A DNA stretch of 64,000 bases, from sequence record MW248466.1, one strand, 5' to 3'. How positions within the stretch are numbered: the first letter of the stretch is position 1; the number at the start of each line of letters is the position of its first letter. A program made the translations under genes and the position numbers. The notes below the pieces were generated by a model that saw only the letters and a program-made list of their open reading frames with translations, searched no databases and was not told where the DNA came from. Below are positions 1 through 9,850 of this stretch, piece after piece.

Positions 1-2
1 GT

Positions 3-125
3 GCTAAAGAAGAACTTTTATCTAAAGGATACCAATCATTACCTGTAATTGATTTTGGAACAGATGTAATTGTTGGTAATGATCCTGCTAAATTAACTCA
101 AATTTTATCTACAGTTACTGCTTAA
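3..125 (+). CDS. nrdH: NrdH-like glutaredoxin, C-terminal part (truncated by window edge)
   Basis: Manual translation AKEELLSKGYQSLPVIDFGTDVIVGNDPAKLTQILSTVTA*; GYQSLPVI resembles the NrdH cis-Pro loop; lies upstream of nrdI-nrdE-nrdF. Confidence 0.6.
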   Translation, partial: AKEELLSKGYQSLPVIDFGTDVIVGNDPAKLTQILSTVTA

Positions 126-150
126 TTAAATAATAAAGGAGATTATAATT

Positions 151-351
151 ATGCAAACTATTTTTAATAGTCCTGAAGAAGTAGATTTTAAAAAATTAGC
201 TGAGATGGCTAGAAACAATGATAATGTATTAAATACAAAAGCTGTTCATGAAGGAGAATACAATTACAATTTCAGTATTGAAGGTTGGAATTACTCATTC
301 AGTTCAGATGGAACTTATTGGAAATGGAATTATCAACAAGTTAATCAATAA
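151..351 (+). CDS. hypothetical protein (66 aa)
   Basis: ORF with RBS AAAGGGAG; no recognised motif. Confidence 0.6.
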   Translation: MQTIFNSPEEVDFKKLAEMARNNDNVLNTKAVHEGEYNYNFSIEGWNYSFSSDGTYWKWNYQQVNQ

Positions 352-369
352 TAATGATTAATAAAAAAC

Positions 370-407
370 GATCTATCACAGAGATAATCTGTGATGGATC
401 TATTTTT
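370..407 (+). terminator. intrinsic terminator-like hairpin
   Basis: GATCTATCACAGA-gataa-TCTGTGATGGATC followed by a T-tract. Confidence 0.6.
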
Positions 408-438
408 AACGAAAAATTTTATATTTGGAGAGATTTAA

Positions 439-843
439 ATGAAATTACTTTATTTCTCATTAACAGGAAATAGTAAAAAATTTGCTGAGAAATTAGATAG
501 CTCTATAGTAGGAGAACCTATTGAACTTAATAGAGATAATTGCGATGATATTAAAATGAATGAAGAGTATGTATTAGTATGTGGTTCTTACAATACTCCT
601 CACGCTATTTACAATCATGTAGAAAAATTTTTTAATAATGGTAATAATTTAGAATTATGTAAAGGTATAATTGGCTCAGGAAATAGAAACCTAAATTATC
701 AATTCTTAACTACACCTAAAAGATTATGTAGTGATTTTAATTTAGAATTGATTGCAGGAGTAGAGTTGTTTGGAATTAAAGATGAACATTTAGAAGTGAA
801 TAAAAAATTAAAAGAGTTATCTAACTCTAGTATTATAAATTAA
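439..843 (+). CDS. nrdI: NrdI flavodoxin (class Ib RNR)
   Basis: YFSLTGNSKKF, GIIGSGNRN, ELFG motifs; adjacent to nrdE. Confidence 0.9.
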   Translation: MKLLYFSLTGNSKKFAEKLDSSIVGEPIELNRDNCDDIKMNEEYVLVCGSYNTPHAIYNHVEKFFNNGNNLELCKGIIGSGNRNLNYQFLTTPKRLCSDFNLELIAGVELFGIKDEHLEVNKKLKELSNSSIIN

Positions 844-869
844 TATATCATAAGGAGACTTTTAATAAA

Positions 870-3071
870 ATGCCAAAAGAAATAGACTTAAATTCAGAAA
901 AATTTAAAGATTATTCATATAATGAATTAAACTCAAGAGGTTCACAATTAAAAGATGGTAATTTAGATTTAGAATTTGAATTAGCTTCAACTAACAAATA
1001 CTTTTTAGATAAAGTAAACAAAAATGTAAGATACTTCAAAACATATAAAGAAAAAATTAATTATTTAGTTGATAATGATTATATTGATGGAGATATGATC
1101 AATAATTATGATTTTGAATTTATTAAAGGATTAATGAAAGAATTAATGGCTTATAAACATAGATTCACTCGTTTATTAGGAGCTAAAAAATTCTATGAGC
1201 AATATGCAATGAAAGATGATGCAGGAGAAATCTTATTAGAACTATATGAAGATAGAATTTTATTTGTAGCTTTATATTTAGCTGATGGTGATGAAGAATT
1301 AGCTAGAAATATTGCTAATGAAATTATTACAGGTACATTCCAACCTGCTACGCCAACATTCCTTAATGCAGGTAGAGTACGTTCTGGGGAATTAGTAAGT
1401 TGTTTCTTATTAACTATGGAAGATTCTTTATCATCTATTTATAGAAATATCTCTAATGTAGCTCAATTGAGTAAACGTGGTGGAGGAATTGGAGTATCTT
1501 TAAGTAATCTACGTGCTGACAATGATCCAATTAAAGGTGTTGAAGGAGCAGCTTCAGGAGTAGTTCCAGTTATGAAAGTATTTGAAGACACATTATCATA
1601 TGTAAATCAATTGGGTCAACGTAATGGTGCAGGTGCACTTTACTTAAACATTTTCCATAAAGATGTAGTAAAATTCTTAGATACTAAGAAAGAAAATGCT
1701 GATGAGAAAGTAAGATTAAAAACTATTTCATTAGGTTTAACAGTTCCAGATAAATATTATCAATTAGTTAAAGAAAATAAATCATTATATACATTTAGTC
1801 CATATGATATTAAAAAATATTACGATTTAGATTTCGATAGTATTGACTTTAATACTTACTATGATATCTTTGTAGATGATAAACGTATCGGTAAAGAGAA
1901 AATGTATGCTCGTGATTTAGAAACTACTATTAGTAAATTACAACAAGAATCTGGTTATCCTTATATCATTAATATTGATACTGCTAATAGAGCTAATCCA
2001 ATTAGTCATGGTAAAATTAAAATGAGTAACTTATGTAGTGAAATTTTACAAGTACAATACCCTTCATTAGTTGACGATAATCAACAATACGTTAAAACAG
2101 GAACAGACGTTTCATGTAACTTAGCTTCAACTATTGTACCTGGTTTAATGAAATCAGAAGACTTTGGTAAATCAGTTGGAACTATGTTAAGAAGTTTAAA
2201 TTCAGTAGCAGAAAAATCTAATATTGAAGCTGTGCCTACAGTTAAGAAAGCTAATGATCTATTCCATACAGTTGGTTTAGGTGCAATGGGATTACACACT
2301 TATTTAGCTGAAAATCATATTCAATATGGATCAGAAGAATCTAAAGACTTTACTAATATTTATTTCATGTTATTAAACTATTGGACATTGGTTGAATCAA
2401 ATAAAATTGCTAAAGAAAAAGATGAGTCATTCTATTTATTTGATAAAACTGAATATGCTGATGGTTCTTACTTTGATAAACGTTACATTGGTAAAAATAT
2501 TCAACCACGTACTGAAAAAGTTAAAGAATTATTTGAAGATATCTTTATTCCATCTGATAGTGATTGGGAACAATTAAGAAATAATATCGTTATGGATGGT
2601 TTATACAATCAAAATAGATTAGCTGTAGCACCTAATGGTTCTATTGGTTATGTTAGAGAAGTATCACCTTCAATTCACCCTATTGTTGAATTAATTGAAG
2701 AACGTGTAGAAGGTAAAACAGGTACTACTTTCTATCCAGCACCAGGTATTACACCAGACAACTTCGAATACTTTAAGAAAAATGCATATCAATTGGATAT
2801 GAGAGATATGATTGATTTATATTCAGAAGCTCAATATCATGTAGATCAAGGTATTTCTATGAATATTTATTTAATGAATGAACTTGATCCAGATCTTTAT
2901 GAATGGAAAAAAGATTCTCTAGATAAAGAAACAACTACACGAGATATCAGTAGATTACGTAACTATGCTTATAGCAAAGGTATTAAATCTATGTATTATA
3001 CTCGTATTTATTCACCAGACCATGATGAAAACTCTCAAGGTATTGTTGAATGTGAATCATGTTCAATTTAA
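870..3071 (+). CDS. nrdE: ribonucleotide reductase class Ib alpha subunit
   Basis: FQPATPTFLNAGR, VSCFLL, SNLCSEILQ (radical Cys), AVAPNGS, C-terminal CESCSI. Confidence 0.95.
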   Translation: MPKEIDLNSEKFKDYSYNELNSRGSQLKDGNLDLEFELASTNKYFLDKVNKNVRYFKTYKEKINYLVDNDYIDGDMINNYDFEFIKGLMKELMAYKHRFTRLLGAKKFYEQYAMKDDAGEILLELYEDRILFVALYLADGDEELARNIANEIITGTFQPATPTFLNAGRVRSGELVSCFLLTMEDSLSSIYRNISNVAQLSKRGGGIGVSLSNLRADNDPIKGVEGAASGVVPVMKVFEDTLSYVNQLGQRNGAGALYLNIFHKDVVKFLDTKKENADEKVRLKTISLGLTVPDKYYQLVKENKSLYTFSPYDIKKYYDLDFDSIDFNTYYDIFVDDKRIGKEKMYARDLETTISKLQQESGYPYIINIDTANRANPISHGKIKMSNLCSEILQVQYPSLVDDNQQYVKTGTDVSCNLASTIVPGLMKSEDFGKSVGTMLRSLNSVAEKSNIEAVPTVKKANDLFHTVGLGAMGLHTYLAENHIQYGSEESKDFTNIYFMLLNYWTLVESNKIAKEKDESFYLFDKTEYADGSYFDKRYIGKNIQPRTEKVKELFEDIFIPSDSDWEQLRNNIVMDGLYNQNRLAVAPNGSIGYVREVSPSIHPIVELIEERVEGKTGTTFYPAPGITPDNFEYFKKNAYQLDMRDMIDLYSEAQYHVDQGISMNIYLMNELDPDLYEWKKDSLDKETTTRDISRLRNYAYSKGIKSMYYTRIYSPDHDENSQGIVECESCSI

Positions 3072-3087
3072 ACAGGGGGTATTTAAT

Positions 3088-3306
3088 ATGACATTAAAAG
3101 AAAAATTTGAAAGTAAATATAGAAATTTAAATAAAGAACCAGAAATTTTAATTGTAGTTATAAGTTTACCTAGTGGAGCTAAGGAAGTAATTTCCAATAG
3201 CTCCGATCTAGATAATAAAGTACATTATTATCTGGAAACATATGATAAATTTTTTAGACATAATAGAGATCATAATGTCAAAATAATTGATTTTATATTA
3301 GTATAG
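3088..3306 (+). CDS. small hypothetical protein (72 aa) between nrdE and nrdF
   Basis: Likely true start is ATG 3088 after RBS-like AGGGGGT; the track's longer 2965 start overlaps nrdE. Confidence 0.65.
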   Translation: MTLKEKFESKYRNLNKEPEILIVVISLPSGAKEVISNSSDLDNKVHYYLETYDKFFRHNRDHNVKIIDFILV

Positions 3307-3327
3307 AGAATAAGGAGAGTTAATTAG

Positions 3328-4395
3328 ATGACAGTAAAAGGAAGTTTTTTAACAAGTAATAAAGATGGGAACTATATTCCAATGAACTGGAATAATGTCG
3401 ATGATTATGTAGATATCATGACATTTGATACATTGGTATCACAATTCTGGACTTCAACACGTATCCCTGTTTCAAATGATATTAAAGCTTGGAATGGTTT
3501 AGACGATAATACAAGAGATGTAGTTAATAAAGTATTTTCAGAATTAACTATTCTTGATACACTTCAATCACGTGAAGGTGCAGATGCTTTAGTACATCAT
3601 GCTCTTACACCTATGGAAGAAGATGTTTTAAATAATATTAGATTTATGGAAACAATTCATGCTAGATCTTATTCTACTATCTTTACTACATTATGTAGTT
3701 CTAAACAAGTTGACGAGAATTTTAAATGGGCTAGAGAAAATAAATATGTACAAAAAAAGATTAAATTAATCAATGATGCATATCAATCTGATGATATTAT
3801 GAAAGTGCAAGCTGCTTCAGTATTCTTAGAATCATTCTTATTCTATTCAGGTTTCTATACTCCATTAAGATTAAAAGACAGTCTTAAATCAGTACTTGAA
3901 ATTATAAAACTTATTCTTAGAGATGAGTCAATGCATGGTACTTATATTGGATATAAATTTGGAAAACGTTTTGAAAGATTAGAAGAAAATGAACAACAAG
4001 AAATTAAAATGTGGGTTACTTCTTTATTATTTGAATTATATCAAGTAGAATGCGAATTTATTGAAGAAGTATACACTGAAATTGGATGGGCTGAAGATGT
4101 TAAAATCTTTGCTCAATATAACGCAAATAAAGCTTTATCAAATCTTAAATTAGATCCTATTTTTGAGACTACTGAAGAAGATGTAAATCCTATTGTAATG
4201 GCAGGACTGAAAACTTCTACAGGAAACCATGATTTCTTCTCTCAAGAAGGTAATGGTTATTTAATTGGTAAAGCAGAAAATACTAGAGAAGAAGATTATG
4301 ATTCAATTGATGTTAATGAACTTAATAAGAATATCATTGATTCATATAAAGATAAAGCAGACGATAGATTTAGTCATAGTTATTATATAGATTAA
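3328..4395 (+). CDS. nrdF: ribonucleotide reductase class Ib beta subunit
   Basis: FMETIHARSY, LESFLFYSGFY, RDESMHG di-metal ligands; NHDFFSQEGNGY C-terminal motif. Confidence 0.95.
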   Translation: MTVKGSFLTSNKDGNYIPMNWNNVDDYVDIMTFDTLVSQFWTSTRIPVSNDIKAWNGLDDNTRDVVNKVFSELTILDTLQSREGADALVHHALTPMEEDVLNNIRFMETIHARSYSTIFTTLCSSKQVDENFKWARENKYVQKKIKLINDAYQSDDIMKVQAASVFLESFLFYSGFYTPLRLKDSLKSVLEIIKLILRDESMHGTYIGYKFGKRFERLEENEQQEIKMWVTSLLFELYQVECEFIEEVYTEIGWAEDVKIFAQYNANKALSNLKLDPIFETTEEDVNPIVMAGLKTSTGNHDFFSQEGNGYLIGKAENTREEDYDSIDVNELNKNIIDSYKDKADDRFSHSYYID

Positions 4396-4478
4396 TAAAA
4401 ATTTTATTAAATGATTAACAAGTATAATATAATAAAAATATAAAAGGTAATTTTTTTATTATGATTAATTTGCATATA

Positions 4479-4516
4479 TTCCCTAACATTCTTAATTGAT
4501 TGTTAGGGGATTTTTT
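4479..4516 (+). terminator. terminator-like hairpin after nrdF
   Basis: TCCCTAACA...TGTTAGGGGA then T-tract. Confidence 0.55.
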
Positions 4517-4535
4517 ACGCCAAATTTTGATCTGT

Positions 4536-4547
4536 AACAAAGATATA
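4536..4547 (+). promoter_or_regulatory. putative late promoter AACA-N6-TA
   Basis: AACAaagataTA; same pattern as the AR9 late promoter; short motif, chance matches likely in AT-rich DNA. Confidence 0.4.
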
Positions 4548-4581
4548 TTAATTCAATTAATGGGAAAGGAGATAAAATGGA

Positions 4582-5328
4582 TTGAAACTTAAAGAACTTA
4601 AAAGAGATGGAAATTCTATTATATTCACTGGTGAAATATTAGACATTTACATTCCAAGAGAACAATTCAAAAAAGGTCTATCAGAACATCGTGGTGAGTA
4701 CATTAACACGTATGGAATGTTTCAATTTGAAATAAAAACTGAGAAGCAAGCTGAAGAAGGTAAACAAGGTGTTCTAAGAAAAATGAAATATCCTAACCCT
4801 ATCGATTTTAACTATGTAGAGAATTTTAAGTTTGATGGAAAACTGTCAGATAACATGGATTCAATACAGTATGAAGTCTTTAGATTAAGAACTGGATGTC
4901 AATTTGTAGCTAACGTTAATATAGAACAATCAGCTGAAACTGTTAAGAATTTCTTATTCTTATTCCATGCAGGTAAATTACCTACTTTTATAGATTATAA
5001 TGATATTATTAAACTTCATTATGATGTATTGGATAGTAATAAAGTAAACCTCAAATCTAATTCATTAACTTATGAATTGATTATTGCTGAATTATGTAGA
5101 TATAAAGAAAATGTAGAAACACCGTATAGAATAGCTTTAAATAAAAAACAGAATGTTGGTCCTTTGGATTATATTAATTACAATCTTAAAAAATTACCTA
5201 ACCTTAATTCTACATTTGCTTCATTTACATTTGAAGGCATGGATGATACTATTGTAACATCTATAGGTAGAACTGCTAAAGGTGGAACAGAAAAACGTTC
5301 ACCATTAGAAGACGTAATGAAATATTAA
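4582..5328 (+). CDS. probable RNA polymerase beta' C-terminal fragment (split phage RNAP subunit)
   Basis: YELIIAELCR ~ HIEVIVRQMLR; NSTFASFTFEGMDDTI ~ ESFISAASFQETTRVL; RSPLEDVM ~ RGLKENVI of bacterial RpoC C-terminus (alignment by eye). Confidence 0.55.
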   Translation: MKLKELKRDGNSIIFTGEILDIYIPREQFKKGLSEHRGEYINTYGMFQFEIKTEKQAEEGKQGVLRKMKYPNPIDFNYVENFKFDGKLSDNMDSIQYEVFRLRTGCQFVANVNIEQSAETVKNFLFLFHAGKLPTFIDYNDIIKLHYDVLDSNKVNLKSNSLTYELIIAELCRYKENVETPYRIALNKKQNVGPLDYINYNLKKLPNLNSTFASFTFEGMDDTIVTSIGRTAKGGTEKRSPLEDVMKY

Positions 5329-5351
5329 TAAGAAAGGATGAATCTAATAAA

Positions 5352-5546
5352 ATGTTCTGGAAAGTATCAAAGAATCTCTTAAAGTTATCTAGAAGTATTT
5401 TGACATTCATTGAACTTAATTCAAATAAAAAGAAATATCCACCCTATTTAGCTTTTTTAGTATTTCAGAATAGTATAACAATAGATCAAGTTCCTGATGA
5501 ATTTAAAGAAGAAGTTCAATATTTATTGGATGAAAGTTTTAAATAA
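5352..5546 (+). CDS. small phage protein, CD1375-like C-terminus
   Basis: ITIDQVPDEFKEEVQYLL resembles the CD1375 family motif. Confidence 0.45.
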   Translation: MFWKVSKNLLKLSRSILTFIELNSNKKKYPPYLAFLVFQNSITIDQVPDEFKEEVQYLLDESFK

Positions 5547-5584
5547 ATTATGATTGGTATCATTGTATATACTTTTCTAAATTA

Positions 5585-5596
5585 AACATACTATTA
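5585..5596 (+). promoter_or_regulatory. putative late promoter AACA-N6-TA upstream of sheath
   Basis: AACAtactatTA. Confidence 0.45.
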
Positions 5597-5674
5597 TAAA
5601 ATTTAATTATAATATAAAATCTATTGAAATTAATCACATAGATGTAAATATTCGAAAGGAAGGTTACAAAACAT

Positions 5675-8600
5675 ATGGCAGACTTTATGTATCTCCATCC
5701 TTCTGTACAAACACAAATCAACTCTTATCAAAATAATTACCCTACAGCTGAAGGTCCTGTAACATTATTTGCTGCAGACACTTTTGAAAAAGGTAAAGAT
5801 GGAGTTATTGATTTTGTTGGTACTGAAGAAGAATTTATTTTTAAATATGGTGAACCAAACTATACGAAATACGGTCAAGCCGCTTATAACGTCATGAACT
5901 GGTTACGTTCTGGTGGACAAGCTTATGTATTACGTGTATTACCTAAAAATGCAACTTACTCTCATGCTATATTAAACGTACAAAGTAGAGTACAAAAAGA
6001 TGGTAAAAAAGTTTTAACAGATGCAAATGAATTAGTTAAAATTGATGACGTTAAAATTCGTCCAACAATCGCATTTGTTAAGAAAAATAATAGAAATATC
6101 GAAGAATTAGTTAACGAAATCACTTTAGATCGTGGTAATGAACAAACAGTAGACGGTTATAATAATAACTTCTTACTTTTAGCTTATCCAAATGGTCGTG
6201 GTGAATCTTATAATGATTTAGGTATTCGTTTAACTTTAAATACTTCATATGACACTAGTGGTCGTACTGAACGTGTTTATAACTTAGAAGTACTTGAATT
6301 TGATGAATTCAGTAACGTTAATGTAATTGATGGACCATTCTTAGTTACATTTGATCCAGATTCAATTTCAGATACTGGTGAATCAATGTTCATTGAGGAA
6401 GTTGTTAATCGTTATTCTAAATACGTTAATATCAAATTTAATTTAGAAAACTTCCAAAATTTAGCTAAAGAAATTAACCCTAATGTACATCCTGCAAGTA
6501 TTGATGTTATCTCTGGTAAATCTAAAGTTAATATTGATGGAACTCCTGAAACTTTCTATTCAGAAAAAACTAAACAATCTGAAGATATTCATATCGCTTT
6601 ACACCGTTACAATAATAAAGGTGTACCAGTAACTATTAGTAGTAAACCTGTATTGAATAAGCCTGATTTTAACGATCCAGTTGAAAATGCATTAATCTCA
6701 TTAGATAATGGTATGCGTGAAAAAACTTTCGTTACAGATTCAGATCGTCTTTCTTACATGAGAGATCAATACAAAACTTTACGTTCTGATAGCTTTACAG
6801 AATTTAAATCATTATTAAATAAAATTATTGTGCCGGCTAATGGTTTATTTGAAGATGATGCAGGTGACTTGCCTAAAACTATTAAAGAAAATTTAGTTTC
6901 TGCAAAATTAACTCAAGAAGATGTAACTGCAGATATCAGTGATGAAGAAGCAGTTGAAGAAGAATTAGCTGGAAAATTCAAACCTTCTGAAATTAATTTT
7001 GGTGGTACACCTGCTGGAGCGGCTGAACGTTTAGTTCAAGATTATAACACTTATTTTGAAGATTCAAATGAAGAAAATCTTTCTGCAGTACTTTCAGGTA
7101 CAGAAGAAATTGGTTCTTTATTATTAAATGAATTTTTAGATAATGGTAATAGACTTAATGCTGCTTACGAATTAGTATATAAATCTAATTCAGGTATTTC
7201 TTCAAATCCTAAATATCAAGCTGATGTTAAAGAATTACGTGACGTATTGTCTCAAAAAGACCAAATCCGTATCTTTGGTATTCAACATAAATCTAATATC
7301 TTAGATATTACAAATGATATTGCTGAATTACGTATTGGTATGAAATCAGTTACTAATTTAGAAGGTATGTCTAAAGTATTAAATGATACTGAAACAGAAT
7401 TACGTTATGTAATTGATAACTTAATGCCAGCAGTTCGTGAAGGACTTCCTGAAGAAGCAGTTAACTTTATTAATACTGTTCCTGATGGTGACGATGAAGA
7501 CACAGAACGTGACTTAGTTTCTCCAGAAGCTATGTTAAACTCATTAGCTGACAAACAAATGTTAGTTGACGATATTAGCTTAGGATTAATGGAAGATAAT
7601 GCGGCTAACCGTGAAGAAGTATTTGTAGCTTGTAATGAAATAGCTAACCAATTAGTTGATTTAATTAACAGAGCTGTTTCAGTAGCTTCTGTATACAAAG
7701 TTGCTCGTGCAGTACGTATTGCAGCTAATACAATCTATTATGATATTTCTATCTTCCGTAAAAATATTGATGAAATGATTCAAACTCGTTCTAACTACAC
7801 AGAAAGAGATATTACATTGAATGCTCATCAAAATATTGAATTAGCTGTTGCTAACTTGAATAAAGCTAACTCTAAATACTTTAATACAAACCTTATTGAT
7901 GTATCTAGTCCAGTTAAATTCTTATTCGGTTCTGATGGCGACTTCTCATATGCTGAAGATATTTCATATAAAGATCGTAAAAATGCTGTTAACCGTGAAT
8001 TAATTAAAGCTTATAAAGGTTTAATTGATGAAGAAATTACTAACACTAAAGCTTTCCCATTTGATGTTGTTCTTGATGCTCGTTATTCTAACGAAGTTAA
8101 GTTCGCTATCTCTGAGTTAGCTAAAAGTGTTCGTAAAGACTTTGTATTCTTAGCTGATACTGTTACTGATCGTTACCCAGTTAGTCCTGAAGATGCAATT
8201 AGATGGAGAAAAGAAGAATTTGCAGTTTCTTCTGAGTATACAGCTATTTACTCTCAAGATTTAACTTACTATGATGAGTACACTGGTAGAGACATTCGTT
8301 TCACACCAACTTATCGTTTAGCTTCAATGATTCCTTATCAAGCTGTTAACTCTGGTTTACACTTCCCAATTGCAGGACCTAGACGTGGATTAGTTGAAGG
8401 ACATAAAGCTTTATCTTGGGCTCCTAATGAACCTTATAAAGAAAAACTTTATACTTCTAAAATTAACTACATTGAAAAAGATATTGATAGAACTAAATTT
8501 GGTGCACAAATGACTTCTATTAAATCTGATGGTCCTTTATCTAACTTGAACAACATCTTTACATTAAATCAAATTAAACGTGATGCAGAAACTCTTGTTT

Positions 8601-8827
8601 CTGATTACCAATTTGAATTAAATGATGATGAAACTCGTTCAATTATGGGTACAGAGTTGAATTCTTATCTTACTCGTTATGTATCTAACCGTAGCTGTGA
8701 AACTATTCAAGCTGAAGTTAGTGCAGATGAATATGATAAATCTCAACGTATTGTACGTGTTAAAATTTCTGTTAAATTCAACAATGTTATTGAACGTATC
8801 TTCATTGACATTAATGTTGAAAAATAA
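5675..8827 (+). CDS. contractile tail sheath protein (large, 1050 aa)
   Basis: N-terminal EEFIFKYGEP...GGQAYVLRV and C-terminal IAGPRRG...LVSDYQFELND...VRVKISVKF sheath domains; followed by tube gene. Confidence 0.85.
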   Translation: MADFMYLHPSVQTQINSYQNNYPTAEGPVTLFAADTFEKGKDGVIDFVGTEEEFIFKYGEPNYTKYGQAAYNVMNWLRSGGQAYVLRVLPKNATYSHAILNVQSRVQKDGKKVLTDANELVKIDDVKIRPTIAFVKKNNRNIEELVNEITLDRGNEQTVDGYNNNFLLLAYPNGRGESYNDLGIRLTLNTSYDTSGRTERVYNLEVLEFDEFSNVNVIDGPFLVTFDPDSISDTGESMFIEEVVNRYSKYVNIKFNLENFQNLAKEINPNVHPASIDVISGKSKVNIDGTPETFYSEKTKQSEDIHIALHRYNNKGVPVTISSKPVLNKPDFNDPVENALISLDNGMREKTFVTDSDRLSYMRDQYKTLRSDSFTEFKSLLNKIIVPANGLFEDDAGDLPKTIKENLVSAKLTQEDVTADISDEEAVEEELAGKFKPSEINFGGTPAGAAERLVQDYNTYFEDSNEENLSAVLSGTEEIGSLLLNEFLDNGNRLNAAYELVYKSNSGISSNPKYQADVKELRDVLSQKDQIRIFGIQHKSNILDITNDIAELRIGMKSVTNLEGMSKVLNDTETELRYVIDNLMPAVREGLPEEAVNFINTVPDGDDEDTERDLVSPEAMLNSLADKQMLVDDISLGLMEDNAANREEVFVACNEIANQLVDLINRAVSVASVYKVARAVRIAANTIYYDISIFRKNIDEMIQTRSNYTERDITLNAHQNIELAVANLNKANSKYFNTNLIDVSSPVKFLFGSDGDFSYAEDISYKDRKNAVNRELIKAYKGLIDEEITNTKAFPFDVVLDARYSNEVKFAISELAKSVRKDFVFLADTVTDRYPVSPEDAIRWRKEEFAVSSEYTAIYSQDLTYYDEYTGRDIRFTPTYRLASMIPYQAVNSGLHFPIAGPRRGLVEGHKALSWAPNEPYKEKLYTSKINYIEKDIDRTKFGAQMTSIKSDGPLSNLNNIFTLNQIKRDAETLVSDYQFELNDDETRSIMGTELNSYLTRYVSNRSCETIQAEVSADEYDKSQRIVRVKISVKFNNVIERIFIDINVEK

Positions 8828-8835
8828 TTAAATTT

Positions 8836-8873
8836 ATAGGATACGGCTTAATATAAAGTCGTATCCTATTTTA
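8836..8873 (+). terminator. hairpin between sheath and tube genes
   Basis: ATAGGATACGGCTT-aatata-AAGTCGTATCCTAT followed by TTT. Confidence 0.6.
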
Positions 8874-8981
8874 TTATATAAATAAAAGATCTTATATTAA
8901 ATTATGCTTATGGAGACAATATATAAACTTCTATAATATACATTTATGTAAATAAGATTAATGAAAAGGAGAAAATAATAT

Positions 8982-9788
8982 ATGATTTTACCAAGTAAAA
9001 ATCAGCGTGTGTTTGATAGTAACATCGCTAAGAATAAATGGTTCTATAATGGACATATGAACTTGCAAACTCTTGAATTTGATCCATTTGTAACTGGTTA
9101 TTCATTCATAGTATGGACTAAAGTTCCTTCTTGGGTTGAAAAGCAATTCCCTGGATTTAAATCTATGACTCAAAAGAACTTTAAATCATTCCAAGGTTTA
9201 GAAAACATTGAAATGACTACAAATGATTATATGCATACATTTAACGGTAATAACTATCGTACAGCTGCTAGTATTACAAAAGGAAACACTGGTTTCCAAA
9301 TGACTCACCAAGAATTCTCTGGTAGTCCAATTAAGAATATGTATCAATATTGGGTATCTGGTATCCGTGATCCTCGTACTGGTATTGCAACTTATCCTAA
9401 AATTCATAATTTAGAATATGCTGCTAAAAACCATACAGGTGAATTATTATACATTCAAACTCGTCCAGATGCTAATAATACATCTAAAAATAATATTGAA
9501 TTCGCTGCTTACTACACTGCAGTAATGCCTACTCGTATTTCTCTTGATCACCATAACTACACTATGGAAACTCATGAAGAAGCACAAATTGAGCAAGACT
9601 TTGCAGGTAATATGGAAATTTCAGCTCGTGTTAATGATTTCGCTAAATCTAAACTTAATGAAATTTACAGCTTTACTGAACAAGGTATGTTTGATCCATC
9701 TGCACCTAAAACTGCTGGTGACAACTTATCTGATTTCGACTATAATAAAGGTGGAATCACTGGTTCAGGTAACGGAGATCTTAAATAA
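8982..9788 (+). CDS. tail tube protein
   Basis: Directly after sheath; beta-rich; EFSGSPIKNMYQYWVSGIRDP resembles T4 gp19-like tube fold. Confidence 0.7.
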   Translation: MILPSKNQRVFDSNIAKNKWFYNGHMNLQTLEFDPFVTGYSFIVWTKVPSWVEKQFPGFKSMTQKNFKSFQGLENIEMTTNDYMHTFNGNNYRTAASITKGNTGFQMTHQEFSGSPIKNMYQYWVSGIRDPRTGIATYPKIHNLEYAAKNHTGELLYIQTRPDANNTSKNNIEFAAYYTAVMPTRISLDHHNYTMETHEEAQIEQDFAGNMEISARVNDFAKSKLNEIYSFTEQGMFDPSAPKTAGDNLSDFDYNKGGITGSGNGDLK

Positions 9789-9807
9789 TAGATTTTCTCA
9801 AATAAAA

Positions 9808-9839
9808 TCCCCTAATACTATTAATTTAGTATTAGGGGA
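9808..9839. terminator. bidirectional terminator between convergent genes
   Basis: TCCCCTAATACTA-ttaatt-TAGTATTAGGGGA. Confidence 0.6.
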
Positions 9840-9850
9840 ATATTTTTGAA

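Noticed and set aside
2081-2577. Small ORFs within nrdE, and the 2965 start of the 113-aa ORF
   Set aside because: Overlap a well-supported gene; the real small gene likely starts at 3088
4577-4585. ATG-GAT-TGA minigene overlapping the TTG start at 4582
   Set aside because: Could affect initiation, but a chance occurrence is likely; no supporting pattern elsewhere
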